From positions 39,943 to 103,942 of the forward strand of contig DF237005.1 in assembly GCA_000708835.1 (NCBI GenBank): a DNA stretch of 64,000 nt. The letters run 5' to 3'. Every line of letters starts with the position of its first letter. The stretch's first letter is position 1. The DNA comes from Klebsormidium nitens (lineage: Eukaryota > Plantae > Klebsormidiophyceae). The position numbers and the translations under genes were made by a program. Under the pieces are notes generated by a model. It worked only from the letters and a program-made list of their open reading frames with translations. It ran no database searches and was not told where the DNA came from. Positions 12,183 through 24,983 of the stretch are shown here, in pieces.

Positions 12183-12812
12183 ATGGCTTCAGAGTCGTCA
12201 AGCCGGGGGATCCCCCAGCTTGAAGAAGCCGGTGTCAACGGTTGGCATCTGGCCCCCGACAAAGAAGGCTCGTGCTCCTTCTGCGCACGCCACGCGAGGG
12301 GAGCCCGCAACTTCGCGGACCTGGGGGGCGGCTTATTGCTGGGCGCGTATGACGCGGCGTCATGCCCTTATGTCCTGCAAAGTCTGGGCGTGACGCACGT
12401 GGTCCAGGTGATGAAGAAAAGCTGGCCGATCCGGCCGCCAAAGTTTGTGAACTTTGAGTACTTTGTCATAGACGTTGACGATCGAGACGAGGAAGCGGAG
12501 AAGCTCGCTGCGGCTTGGGACGACGCTTTCGAGTTTATTTCTGCGGCTTTAAAGAGTGGACGAGGCAAGGTTTACGTCCACTGCTTTGCGGGCGTTTCCA
12601 GGAGTCCCACCGTGTGCATAGCGTATCTTATGAAGGAGAAGGGGATGAGGCTCGAGGATGCAGATCGGACGGTGAGAAATGCGCGCCCGCAGATATGCCC
12701 GAACGATGGGTTTCTAGAGCAGCTGCAAATATTGGATCAAGAGCTGCAGGCCCTTGAAACGGATTCGAGGGAGTCTTTGCTGATTGATTTGAAGCGTCGT
12801 TTGCCGGTCTAA
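12183..12812 (+). CDS. Dual-specificity protein phosphatase (atypical DSP), intronless, 209 aa
   Basis: Single ORF with the VHCFAGVSRS (HCxxGxxRS) P-loop, upstream LLLGAY, acidic loop IDVDD, and downstream AYLM...VRNARPQICPNDGFLEQL. Confidence 0.92.
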   Translation: MASESSSRGIPQLEEAGVNGWHLAPDKEGSCSFCARHARGARNFADLGGGLLLGAYDAASCPYVLQSLGVTHVVQVMKKSWPIRPPKFVNFEYFVIDVDDRDEEAEKLAAAWDDAFEFISAALKSGRGKVYVHCFAGVSRSPTVCIAYLMKEKGMRLEDADRTVRNARPQICPNDGFLEQLQILDQELQALETDSRESLLIDLKRRLPV

Positions 12813-13745
12813 ATTGTGGTGGTAAAGAGGATTCAACCTGATGGGTTCCCAGTTTCCACCGGGGCCCAATCGTTAAGCGCCCCTGTTTGAGAAACAGTTG
12901 CGAGAGCGGCATTCCATAAAACATCTAATTTGATTGAGGCCGGTAGCTCAGCCGGTTCACGTTGGAAAAAAGGCAGATGCCTGATAAGCTCGAGAAAGAG
13001 CTGTAATGCCATGGTATGTCCAAGACTTGCAGCCTTGTGATCGACCGTTTGTTAAACATGTCTATGCCATGAGAATGAATGCAGTCTATAGTGTGTCACG
13101 TCTGCCTGATTCAGAATTCCGATGCGAGGCTGCGCTTGTATAGGCCCATGTGCATGCCGGGTTGCATGCGCACCCTGGAAGTTATGCGCTGCGTAGCTTT
13201 GGTTTCCAAACATGACAAAGCTGCAGTCATTGGTTTTCCTAGTACTGCACAAGTGCACTGTGGCACGACGTGGCATAATATACTCGAGAAGCTCAAGCAG
13301 GCTAACGTTTCGTAGTAATTCTATCATGCATCGAAATGTTGAGCTTTGATAATCCAATGCATGATCCGTGGTCGATCAATTCAAAATAAGGTAGCGCGCT
13401 TCGATCGCATTGCAACCCATGCGCCACATACCTATTGCATGATCGGATCATGATTAAGATGGACACCACGTACTTGAGAATTGTCAGGTCCAGGGGGACC
13501 ACACGAAATCGTCGTTGGCTGAGTCCGACGGTCAAACGGTTGCCGCGCATAAAGTATGAGCACCCAGACCATGCCATCCAGTTGGATCCATCAGTGCAAG
13601 AGTCACACGCTGCTTTTCTCAAGACTGAAACGTCTCTTTGCCTACCTGCTCACACCCTTCTACTCTTTAACCTTTGACCCTCTAAGGGCATATTAGCTAC
13701 ATGTTAAGAGCAGGCAAGTGACCTGATCAAAGCAGACAATTACCA

Positions 13746-16700
13746 TTAAAACTCATCATGTATGAAAATTTCGTCGTCCTCATCTATCGTTCGGTAAAAT
13801 GAATGTTTGTGCCTCAACATTTCCTGGAGAGACAATTCCCCGTCTTTGTTGTCGTCCGCCTGCAAGGCAAGTCTACCTCAGCTCAGTGGGGCAGCAAAAG
13901 ACTTCACTCTTCATAGAGAGGGAGAAGGCAAGTAAAAGCGTGCTCTCTTTAGAACGTAGGAAAGGTCTATGGGGGTCCACTGTCGAAGGTCTGGCGTCAG
14001 ATACAAAAAAGCGTTTGTTATTCATGCCGTGTTTGATTGAATACCCTGATTCCGATCCTTCGTTGGTAAATATTCGACCCAAACACGGCGCTCGGAGGCG
14101 ACTAAGAACGATGCAATAAAAGGTGAGGTCAATCAGGAAACTTTGCGAACAGAGTGCACGCGAGATGCTCAAAGCAGCGATACCGGATGCAGCCTTGATT
14201 TCATGGACTCTCCACAGCCCTTCGTTTCGAACATCTTAGAATAATGCGCCCACCTGAAGTGCCGAAACCGACGTCGCATCCCGTCACGTTGTTGGGCCTG
14301 AATCGGAAGCCCTCAGTAAGTCATATAAATATCTTGCTAGAAACCGACTAAGTAGCCGAGAAAGCGCCGCGTGCCATGAGGGCATTGGCTTACCAGGTTT
14401 AGGAGGCTCTCTGCTTGCAGCCTGGCGAAGTAGCTCTCCCCAGGGTTCAGCGTATCAATCACTGGTATCAACTCGTCCTCGGTCAAAAACCTGGGCCAGT
14501 CAGAGCGGGCCACGTGTCAGCTCCTTCTGGCATGCTCCGCCAGACCATTCTGGCGGTGACGCCTCTCAATCATTTCGTCACACGAACGGTTGTTGAGGGG
14601 AAGTCACCAGGTTCAAGGTTTTCAAAGAGCGTGCTACCCTCAGCTTGGATTTTCTAAGAAGGCGCTAAGTATCAAACATAAAAGATCCACAAGAATCGTC
14701 GACTGACAAGAGCCCGAACGGCTGGTCTAGTGGCGAAGGCCGGAACGAAGAAAGCACGTCTCGACAAGAAAGCACAGATTCTCCTTACTAGCTCACGATG
14801 ACGCTCGTTCAAAGAAGGGCAAGCGCTTCGCAACCAAGGTCGTCCAATCGACTGCCACTGCGACAGCTGATGTGACAACCAAAGAATCAACAAGAAAATG
14901 CTGACAAACTAGCCTACAAAAGCAGACTCCAAAGCAGGCCACCGGCCTCAGAGAAACAGACGCTCCAAACCTCACCCGTCTTGCTTCCGGTTCAATTCCT
15001 CAAACCGCCGCTGCGCCCATTTCAAGCGCCGGTCCGCCACCGCCGACTGCTCCCGCATGTAGTCCGTCCGGTGCTTGATCCCCGACCACTGCCCCCCCGG
15101 CCGCCGTTGCCGGTCGTCGATGTCGGAGCCCGGGCCGTCGGGCCGGTGATCGGGGCCTCCCAACCGGGCGTCCTCCTCTTCCTCTGCCTGAAGCAAAAGT
15201 AAAAAGGAATTCAGATGACATAAATACCAAACTGATGAAGAGACGTAGATGAGGGGTTTGTCCTAGTATGTCGGAACCTGGGCCGTCGGGCAGGTGGTCG
15301 GGGCCTCCCAACAGGCCGTCCTCCTCTTCCTCCGCGTGAAGATAAACAAAAATATTGACAGATATTTAAATCAGAGGAAATCCCAAAATGTCTGAGCCCG
15401 GGCCGTCGGGCCGGTGGTCGGGGACTCCCAACCGGGCGTCCTCCTCTTCCTCTGCCTGGGCGGAAAAAAGACAATGAAGAAACATGGGGAAATGAGCACA
15501 AAACAAAAAAATAGTCAAGGGGTTTGTTCCAGTATGTCAGAGCCGGGGCCGTCAGGCTGGTGGTCGGGGCTTCTCAACCGTGCTCCATCTGACCAGTAAG
15601 TGTATGTCTGTTTTGACATTTCCGACCAAATAAAATGGTTGTCAGCAGTTGAGACGGAGAGGCAGCACGACGCCTCGGCTGGGTAGAATGCCGTACTGAA
15701 AGAATTGACCGAAGATCGGAGGGTGAGAATAAACTTCCTCCGGATTTCTTGCAGGCTTCAAAAATGTCAGCGCGGTTCCCACGGCTTGCTCCCAACAAGG
15801 GCTCGGAGCCCCATCATAACGTCAGCCTGATGCTCCCCCAATGTAATGTTTGAGTCGAAGACTGGCCACTTGCAGGCCACCCCCACCAACGGTGTAAAAA
15901 TCTCCCCATGTGGGACATTGCGTCTAACTATCCTGCGGCATCGCCGCAACATCGCCCACCGTTCGAGACAGATACACCTAGATGCCCCCATAAAACAATC
16001 CTGACGTGCACGACATCACGCCCACGTGGAGTTCAAAGCAAGCTGACATGACGAATGGTCCAACACAGAGGAAAGCGACAAAGAAAGTCGGCACAGCAGC
16101 AGAGTAAGATGTCGGCAGGCTTCTGTCCTAAAGAGTCGGCTCCATTCCCCGGCTGGCTTACACGGGCCTCGGATTATGCGCCGATGATCGAAATGGTCGG
16201 AAGTCGAGAACGGGATCGCCAGTAAAGTAATGGGTTCGTACGAATATCACACAATCTGGGGCCTAGAAAGATTTATGCAGAATAAGCAGTTGCGCGAGTT
16301 TGTTACGAATAGCTCGAGAAGACAACCGATGTCCGAGAGATTAGGCGACAAGATAAGCAGCGGCGCTCACTCTCACATCCCGCAACACGTCGTACATGCC
16401 CTCGAGAAACTCGGCGAACGAGAGCTTTCTGTCGCCGTCCGTGTCCCGCTCCCGGATCTCCTCCTCCCGCACAAATCGCTGCAGCTTCTCGTTATCGCTG
16501 TCTTCCGGGTGCAAAAAGCTGACAGAAGCAATGGTCAGGATTTATACGAATCAATGATTGTGAGAAACTCGACGTGGACGGTTGGAGATAGTGAAAGTTT
16601 TGGGCTGAATAGGTCGGAGTGGGTCATGTTGTCTTACAAGAATGTGACTCAACGCAGCTCACTGACGCTGCGAGTGTTGTATCGTAGTGTGTTGCTCTCG

Positions 16701-19074
16701 TTCCCTCAAACCGGTTTCATGCATAGATGAGGGGGATTACAAGGGATTCAGGGGGGGGCCTTTCGAACAGGTTACCAGTCCGTTCACACCACTCTGTTGT
16801 ACGCAGCCAATTTGATCTCCTGGTGGCAAAATGGGGCTTCAAAGACAGGACTAAGGCAATCAAGCGTTGCCCCAGAAAGCGCTCCATAGAAAATTGAAAG
16901 CATGTACCCATCTCAAGACTACAAATGTCCTACACGCCCTATCAAGACGATGCACTTACGTCTACGACCTCCATAAGAGCTCCCCCGATGCCTGCTTGCT
17001 ACTCTCTGCATTCATCCAGAAATAACGTATCACACATCAAATTCGAAATGCACTCACTCGTTGAACTCAAACCGGTCCAGCTTCCCATCCCCGTCCGCAT
17101 CGGCTAGCGGAAACTTCCGTCTGCTGGCAGCTACCCACTTCAGACTTTGCTCCGACCATTCCTTGGCGCCTGCGTAGGGGTGCGTAAAAACGAAGTGAGT
17201 ACAGAAACAGCTGATCTGGACCAAACGACAAAAGCTGATCATGACTATGAGAGTGCAATCCCCATTAGGACCAGGTCCTTGAAACTTTCAAGGACGAAAG
17301 TGAAGCCAGTCGGGACCTAGTTTGATCCTAAACAACGGAATAAGGAGCCCAGTCTGAACGGCCCCGAATCAGAGTCTAGATCATGGACGAAGGGGTTGGG
17401 AAAGGATGGGAAGATACAAGAGGGTCTAGCAATCAGGCTTGTTGCGGTTTCTGCACTGCTCTGGAGGCATCAATTACCGTGGGAGGCCAATAGCGATCCG
17501 TGGATGTTAATCTCGATGAGCACTAGCCCGAGTATGGGGACTTAAAGAATAAAGAGGAGGGTCAGATTCAAGAAGACAAAAATTTTAACCAGGAGATCGA
17601 ACGAGCATGTGCTTCAGAACGCCACGTCATGCCATGCTATACGAAGTTCAGATACCACAATAGTAGAGCGCATGTAGACCCACCAACTTTCGGATTCTGG
17701 GTCATCTAGTCCAGGCAACCCTGCCTCACCTTCCTTTCCCTCGTTCGGGTCGTGCAAGTAGTCCGCTAGTGTCACCTTCCCCTCCTTCCCGTGCAAGATC
17801 ACCGACATCTCCCGATCGCTCCGGTGCAGGCTCTGGTTCGTCGCAAGCTCCCGGTGCCAGGCCCACATCTCCCCGAGCGTGATCGCCCCGTTCCTGTCTT
17901 TGTCAATCATCGGAAATAGCGCCTCGATGCGTGCCGTGAAGTTGAAGCCGTCCTCGAGGTAGTTGATGTAGTCATCGTCGTCGTCAAAGTCGGGGTCGAG
18001 GTCGGGCGTCCCCTCGAGGTGGTGGTCGAGAAAGTCGTCGATGCCTGTGGCGGGGTGGCCGGTTCTGGGCGCCGTTTCGGGTTTATGCCCCTGCACACAA
18101 AATGAGTGTCGAGTAGTCTAACGTATATCAGAAAATAAAATCAATCACCCCCAGGTCATTGATGCAATTGCACACGCTTCTATCGGGTCCGCCTCTAGGT
18201 CGAGTTATCGAGATCCACAGAAGTCTATTTCAGTTCATGAGAGGTCATACACCAAGGAGAAGGTGTGGCCACTTGAAGTAGCTGAGGAGCCCGCCGCAGC
18301 GGCCCAAGCTTTAACGAGCTCGTCTCAAGTACTGCTTTTCAGAGGCATGTCGATGCGATTGGAAACAACTATTCGAATTGTTCCATGTCCTAGTTTTCCT
18401 CACATTTGAAAGGAGTGATTGTCAAAAATGACTTCGTTAGTAGGCCTTGGGTTGGACTTCTTCTGGTTCCTCCTACAGTTGAGAGTGCTTGGGAGCTAGG
18501 GTCTGAAAGATTCAGAAAGTTGAGGCCTTCTGAATGACCTCTCTGCAGATCTCAATTTGAAACGGAGGAAAGCACTTACCACCCCATCATCAATCTTTCA
18601 ATGGTGTTCGTGCAATCTGCTTTTAGAATGTTGTCATATGCATGGGTCAGAGGGCGGACAAAGAAGCTCTTCAAAGACTGCCCTGAGCTGCAAATGAGAC
18701 TCCCTTCTCTCAGCACAATCCTCTATATGTAAAAAAAATCATCATACTGGCCGCAATTCTCGTTTCAAACTCGTGAATCAGGCAATCGCGAGTACACTGA
18801 GCCATCACTCAGAAGATAAGCGCACCTGCACGTCTGATGCGTGTGCCCTCTCCCAGGACGCATCCTCCCGCCTCTGCTCCACCTCTGCTATCACCGGGTC
18901 AAAAGGAATGTGCTCTAGCTCCAGATTGAAATCCTCTTTGATAAGTTTCAGCCGAGGCCCGTGTTTGCGAGCACCCCTCAGTGTTTTCCTCAGATCGCCC
19001 CCCGGTTTGGTGAAGAGGAAGAAGCCGCACAGGGCAACCAGCATAAGCGCGTAAGCTAGTGGTGTTTTTGACAT
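13746..19074 (-). CDS. Calumenin/reticulocalbin-like (CREC) multi-EF-hand secretory-pathway calcium-binding protein, 7 exons
   Basis: Exons 19074-18826, 18090-17730, 17169-17058, 16518-~16371, 15187-14976, 14490-14394 and 13859-13746 are phase-consistent. It has an N-terminal hydrophobic signal and IPFDPVIAEVEQRRED..WER. EF loops include DKDRNGAIT, DADGDGKLD, DTDGDRKLS and DDNKDGELS, and the C-terminus is HDEF*. Confidence 0.9.
15265..15600 (-). repeat. Three degenerate intronic copies of the 3' splice site and first ~70 nt of exon 5 of the calumenin-like gene
   Basis: Acceptor-equivalent positions are 15337 (AG mutated to AC), 15457 (intact cccag|GCAGAGGAAGAGGAGGACGCCCGG) and ~15590. The real acceptor is at 15189. 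Confidence 0.88.
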
Positions 19075-19994
19075 CCTGAGAAGGAAGGATCATGATAAGT
19101 GAGAGCGGAGCGCTGCACTGCCCCTGGCCAGATTCCTTGCCTTTGACGTCCACAAAACTTGGTTAACTAGGTACTAGGCCAGAAAACTTTTTAAGATGAT
19201 GAGTGAAGAACAGCTCATTCATTGACGGTGAGGGCGCTGCTCCATGACTCTGAGAAGGTTTGCACGCTGTGCTGCTTGGTATGACACCTCTGCAATAGCG
19301 CACGTGAACGTGAGAAGGTGCGTCAGATTAGGCGCAGATACTCGGACAGGAAGGGGGCACCAAAAGGCAGAGAACCAGAAGCTAGAGCGCGGGTACTGTA
19401 TGTAAAGCGCAAAGGAAGGCCTACCACCAGTTTGAAGATCTGTCAACACGGGAAAAGTGAAAGCAGCTGAAGGATGTTCAGTATGTAATAAGCGTGTGTG
19501 TACGGTGTGACCAGGATAATACCAAGGGTCGAATGTTTAGGACGGGGCATTTTAGGCACATGGGCCTCATCTGACGGTTGTAAGGCACAGTTGGTTCTAA
19601 ACGACGGCCAAGTATGAACGTTGTTGTCTTCAATTGTTGCTTAGACTTGGGACCTAATTGGTTCTGCCAAAGGGCCAAAGTTCAGCAGAGCAATCATCCA
19701 GGTCATCCAGGTCTGCATGCACTTCTTAGAATTCTCGTACTTCATTTCTCCTCCATTCTCTCAAAACTTTGCAGGGGGCTCTGTTTTAGGCGTTGTTTGT
19801 CAAGGACGACCTCTGTTTGAAGCGTGCACAAGCTTCATTTCTGTAAGCTACTGTAAGCACATACAAAGCCATCAACGAGGTCGTTCCTCAAGGTGCGATT
19901 GGTGTATCTTTCTTTAAGCACAGGTTGTATTTCAGTTCAAGGCTCCAGCGCACCCGTCACTGCAGAAAGCGGGGCTTGATCAGACTTGGCCACC

Positions 19995-22900
19995 ATGTCA
20001 GCTTCTTTCCCCCTGAGGTGTACCTTGACCAGGCCCCCATTGATTGGGCTCCATACAAGGCACCAGACGAGCTCTGATTCCTACACCCCACAACCACTGA
20101 ATGGTCGCAAGCTAGCAGTTGCTCAGGTGCAAAGCTTCCAGTGCTTCAGCTGCAGGTGGTCGAAGACGCACAACATCACTTCCGTCTCTGCCTCGCTTTC
20201 CCCCTCATTCTTTCTTGGAAGCTCTCAAGGCAGAAGCCTCCGACCAGAAAGCAGCGGCCAACTCTCAGGCAGCATTTTGCAGGCCCAGCTTGGACGGCGC
20301 ACGCCAAGCGCCAGGCGAATCGTCACGCTTCAAGCCAAGGGTGGCAGTGATCAGGACGCTGCGGAGAAAGGGGAAGGTGACAAGGGAAAGGGGAAGGAAG
20401 AGCCTGGTTCTTCCTCTAAAACAGAGGCAGAGGCTGTAGCTGCTGCGACTGCGGCAGTATTGGCAGATGTGAGTGGAGGTCTACAATCACATTCTGCATT
20501 TCTTAGTTCCACACCTCACGCCACACCTCACGCCACCAATGTCTTATGCCCCAGCTTTCATTTGTTCAATGTACTGCAGGCTGCTTTGACCTTCAGCCTC
20601 ATTCTTTGAATGAAAACGCCTCCTATCTTACATCTTTGATCCTTATTGCTGCGTATGAATATTTTGATTGGCCTCAAGCTTTTGCTAGCAAGAGGGAAAG
20701 CATGCAGGAAGTCTCCGGAGACTACCTGCCACCGCTTCCGCTGCTGACAGACCCCAAGATGTTTCAGAAAGGAAATGTCATGTGTCCCAGGCCTGAATAT
20801 GCAATATATCATTCATATCAGCCTTATACAAGCCTCTCAGGAGGTAAAGTGTGACAGTTCTGCCACGATGTCGACGATTTCTGGGTCTCTGACTTCAGGA
20901 GCCGTCAACCGACACTATCCAAGCTGCCGCCGAGGCTGCCACCACAGAAGAGGAGGCGGCAAAAAAACTAGAGGCGGAGCCTGTCATCAGCCCGGCTCTG
21001 CAGGCGATCTACGACCAGTGTCAAACCTGGCAATGGAAGGGCCAGCATAAGATCAACTACGTCAAGATAGGGACCGGCCCGCCCATTGTGCTGGTCCATG
21101 GCTTTGGCGCGTCGCTTGGGCACTGGAGGAAGTGAGTTAGAGACTATTTGTGGGCCGTTGAACTTGAGGTTTGTTTGGTACGTCTTGGTTTATGTGTTTG
21201 GAGAAGACTTTGATGCAAGTGCGAGAAAGACGTACAGTTGCGGGTACTTTTCGGGAAGACTCTGACGGCCAATCAACAGCTATATTTCTGAGTTTGGGAA
21301 TGGGGTGTCAACAAAGACGTCCTCTTTTGACGATAGTTGTCTTTGGCTCCACATATTGAGCCAGTGGCATCAGTTAATCGTTGTCAGCTGGGCTGTCGTC
21401 GTTCTGAAACCTTTCGCAAGAATTATCTCAGCACTCAACGCTGTAAGAATCAACCCACCTGTTCTGGATTTGATCAGTTCATCGACTCCCTTTTGCCTCT
21501 TCGGATGACGCTCTTGTTTCTTTCTCCCACGACGTGTCCGCTTCTCCTGGACTGTTTTTGGGTAATGTCAGTCGCTCGTAATGCCTCCGCTTTCTAGGGC
21601 TGCTGATACTCAACATCCAATCCTTGCGCTTCCGAGGTCCCCAACGAGCTCTTCGAAAGTTCGTCGTCGCTCAGCCTCTGCCTTGCTCTGATTCATTTGT
21701 CTCGCAGTCCATCAGCAAGGAGGATCTCTACCTGTCGATCTTCCAAAGAATGCGGAAGGTTCGTTCGGCCTGCTTCGAGCGCATTCTACCTAGGTCGGCA
21801 ATTGCCTGAGAGCCACTGTTTTTCTAGAACTTGACGGGAATGCTCCATGCAGGAACATTCCCGTTCTCTCCAAGACGCACACCGTCTACGCTGTGGACAT
21901 GATAGGGTATGGGCGGTCAGAGAAGCCAGCGGGCTTTGTATACACGATGGAAACCTGGGCCGAGGTGAGGCACACAAACTCCCTCTTCGTTTGAAGCCGT
22001 CATCTCCGCTTCCGCTGAATATCGCTCGCACACAAACTGTCTAGGCAGCGTGTATGCGACTCCGATCGACTTGCCGCTTTTCGAAGCCGGAACCTTCAGT
22101 ACCCAATCATCAGCTGGGTCGAAAATAAACATCTTATGAGCATCCGGTTAGCCACAACTCCAGGACCGTTAGCCCCCTGCCAGGTCTCGTTGAGCTCGTT
22201 CAGGTAACCCGGAACACTGCTGGCACCCTGCCACCCCAGTAGTCTGGAGGGGAAAGGCAAACCCTGGAGCCGCAATGTGACGCGTCAACCTGCAAACCTA
22301 CGAAGAGGTTGAAACCAAGTAGTCAGGAAAGGCAAAAGACTAGAACGCCCCGAAGGAAGAGGGTGAGGGTGGCAGAGTTGAGCTGTATCTATAGAAACGC
22401 CAACCCAGTGCGGTTGGTCCATCATCGTATATGTTACGTTTCAGGGTTGTATACGAAGGGCCTGTTTTCGACATACCTTTCTGGCCGCCAGCCGCTCTCT
22501 AATCTTTACGAGTCCCCCGTACTCCCTAGCGCGATAGCACGGTTGTCTACACATCCGCACCTCTATAGTACCGTTAAACCATTTTTTTCCCCGTCCTTGC
22601 GGTGCAGCAATTGCAAGACTTTTTGACAGACGTCGTGCGCGCTCCCACCATTCTTATGGGCAACTCCCTGGGGAGCTTGACCGCACTCATTGCAGCGGCA
22701 GGTGAGTCTCTCGCTGCTCGTGCGCACTAATTCATGCCTCGCAAACATTCCTGCTCGTTTTCTGTCGTTGCCTTCTTGTGCTCTTTTTAAACTCGCCTGC
22801 CACTCAGTAAATCTGTCCCCCAATCTTTGGTAATCCATAAGCAGGAGTTGTGACAACAGAGGCCGCGCTGGACCGCATGCCCAGTTTTTCCTTCCCTTGG

Positions 22901-24983
22901 TCTGTCATCTCCGAAGCAGGAGTTGAATCGATTGGAGAGGCGCGATTGCGGCGTCCTTGATTCGGTGTCGAAACTTGCTAGCTTGGCGCCCTTGACAGGG
23001 CCGCTTCTCGCTGGTAGCCAAAGCTAATCATGCATCCTTCGCTGCCTGATTGAGTGCTTTACTGAAGTCCGTTAAGGTGGATCACGTCAGCTAAAACGAC
23101 TTTGTAAACGATTGACTCGACAGAACGAGGCAGTTAGCGAGTCGGTTCGATAAGGATGCCTGTGCGCACACCTTGTAATCCAGTTACAGCTAACTTCGAA
23201 TCCTTAAGAAGGACGGTTTGGAGATGGTCATGGGGTTCCTCTCTGCAGATCACCCTGGTTGAAATGGTTATCTCGAACTCAATCGCTAAGCTGGCCATCT
23301 GGACTCACTGCCAGACGGCGCTCCGGAGTTGGTGAAGGGTGCACACGGGTCAATTATGCCAGCGGCGTTCCTGTCCCTGTTCGCAAAACACGCTGGCTGA
23401 AATGGTTATTTCGAACCCAACCGCTAACCCGGCCTTCTGGTTTTGCATCAGAGGGCGGTCCGGAGCTGGTTAAGGGGTGCTTACTGGTCAATTGCGTGGG
23501 CGGCACCCGTTCCTGTTTGCCATTCACGCTGGCTGAAAGGGTTATCTCAAACTCAAGTGCTAACCCCTCTGCCTGGCTTGTTACCAGAGGGCGGTCCGGA
23601 GCTGGTTAAGGGGTGCGTACTGGTTAACTGCGCGGGTGGCATGAACAACAAAGCAATTGCAGACGACTGGCGGGTCGCGATGCTGCTGCCCGTGTTCTGG
23701 TTCATCGATTTTCTGCTCGCGCAAGAAAAGCTGGCGGGCGGTATATTCAACAGGTTCCGCACCAGGTGGGTGCTCACGACACTCTTTCCAAGCCTAGGCT
23801 TTTATGCTTCGAAGGACTTCGCTTTTCTGGGGTTCCTGAGATTGCAAAGACCCGTTCCTTTCAGTTGAATATGTTTTTCGAAATTCAGCAAGAAAGGCCG
23901 CACCAAGGGAAACTTTCCGGCTGTATAAAGTGATTTTCAGATCTCTATATTTGATCCGCAAGAGCTGGACTTGTTTTCAGGACGCAAAGTGTGGTCAGTC
24001 GTGCAGCCGTGATGTCGTTCGCGATTGTGGCAGCGCGAAGCTGCCGCTCTCACTCTCCCAAAGCCACTGAGCCATTGGTCCAAATTGACTTTGCAGCCAA
24101 AACATTCAGACCGTGCTGCGGTCTGTGTACGTGAACGAGGCTGCAGTAGACCGGGAGCTCGTCGAGGTAAGCGCCGGCACCGCGTGAGATCCCGCAAAGC
24201 CTGTCGGGAACCTTTGAACCTCATTCTGCACCAGTTACGGTCTTTGGTAGTGCACCTGTTTCACGCTTCTGTGGACCAAGTTTCGTCAAGTTTTGATAAA
24301 GCCGGTTGCATGGATCACTTACGTTTCTGTTTCAAAGTCGAGCCTCCTCCGTCTCAATGGCCAGTTGTGCTTGGGCTCGGCTTACTTGTATCTAAAGCCC
24401 GCTCGACCTGCCTCTTTTTCGCAAGAGATTGCTTTCGTTCTTTCTCGTCCTCTTTAGAAAAGATGAGGAGCTTCTTATATTCCCTCCAGTCTCGCCGTGT
24501 TACTTTCGCAGCCCCTAAAAGTGCTCTTGGTCTTGCATGCATCATGACCCAAATCGTTCAGAACAGGCCCATCGTAGTTACCTTTCCGTGCTCCTGATCG
24601 AAGTTTTTAAATCTGCCCAGGCCCTCACGGTACTTCAATCACACTCCTCGCAGATCATCAGCCGACCAGCAGGGGACGAAGGTGCTCTCCACGCCTTCTG
24701 TTCAATCCTCTCCGGCCCCCCTGGTCCCCGGCCCGAAAAACTGCTGCCCCGGATTTCTACCCCCATCCTCCTTGTGTGGGGGGATACAGACACGTTCATT
24801 CCGGTGGACGGCCCAATCGGTCGCTTCTTCACGGCGTTGCCTAAAACGAATCCGAACGTAGAGTTGACCATAATCAGCGGCGGTCACTGCCCGCATGATG
24901 ATAAGCATGAGTTGTTCCATGATGCTGTGCTACCTTGGCTTGAAAAGGTTTCAGCAGGTCGCAAAGTTTTGGTGCAAAGTTGA
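19995..24983 (+). CDS. CLD1: Plastid alpha/beta-hydrolase, chlorophyll dephytylase CLD1-like, 7 exons
   Basis: Exons 19995-20468, 20899-21131, 21853-21964, 22608-22701, 23588-23765, 24097-24166 and 24654-24983. Motifs: LVHGFGAS..HWR, VYAVDMIGYGRSEKP, nucleophile GNSLG, NCAGGMNNKAIADDWR (recalled as diagnostic of the At5g38520/CLD1 clade), GPPGP, LVWGDTD and GHCPHDD. Confidence 0.85.
23250..23587 (+). repeat. Tandem ~137-bp units, each comprising an intron 3' end, AG and the first ~55 nt of CLD1-like exon 5
   Basis: Exon-like starts at 23315 and 23452, with the real exon at 23588. Each is preceded by AG and by a related c(a/c/g)ctgg(c/t)tgaaa(t/g)ggttat...gctaa(c/g) intron segment. Confidence 0.93.

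Noticed and set aside
17640-17729. Extension of calumenin-like exon 2 (EAGLPGLDDPESESWW)
   Set aside because: The gtgagg donor at 17729 gives the phase-1 junction required by exon 3; the later candidate donor does not.
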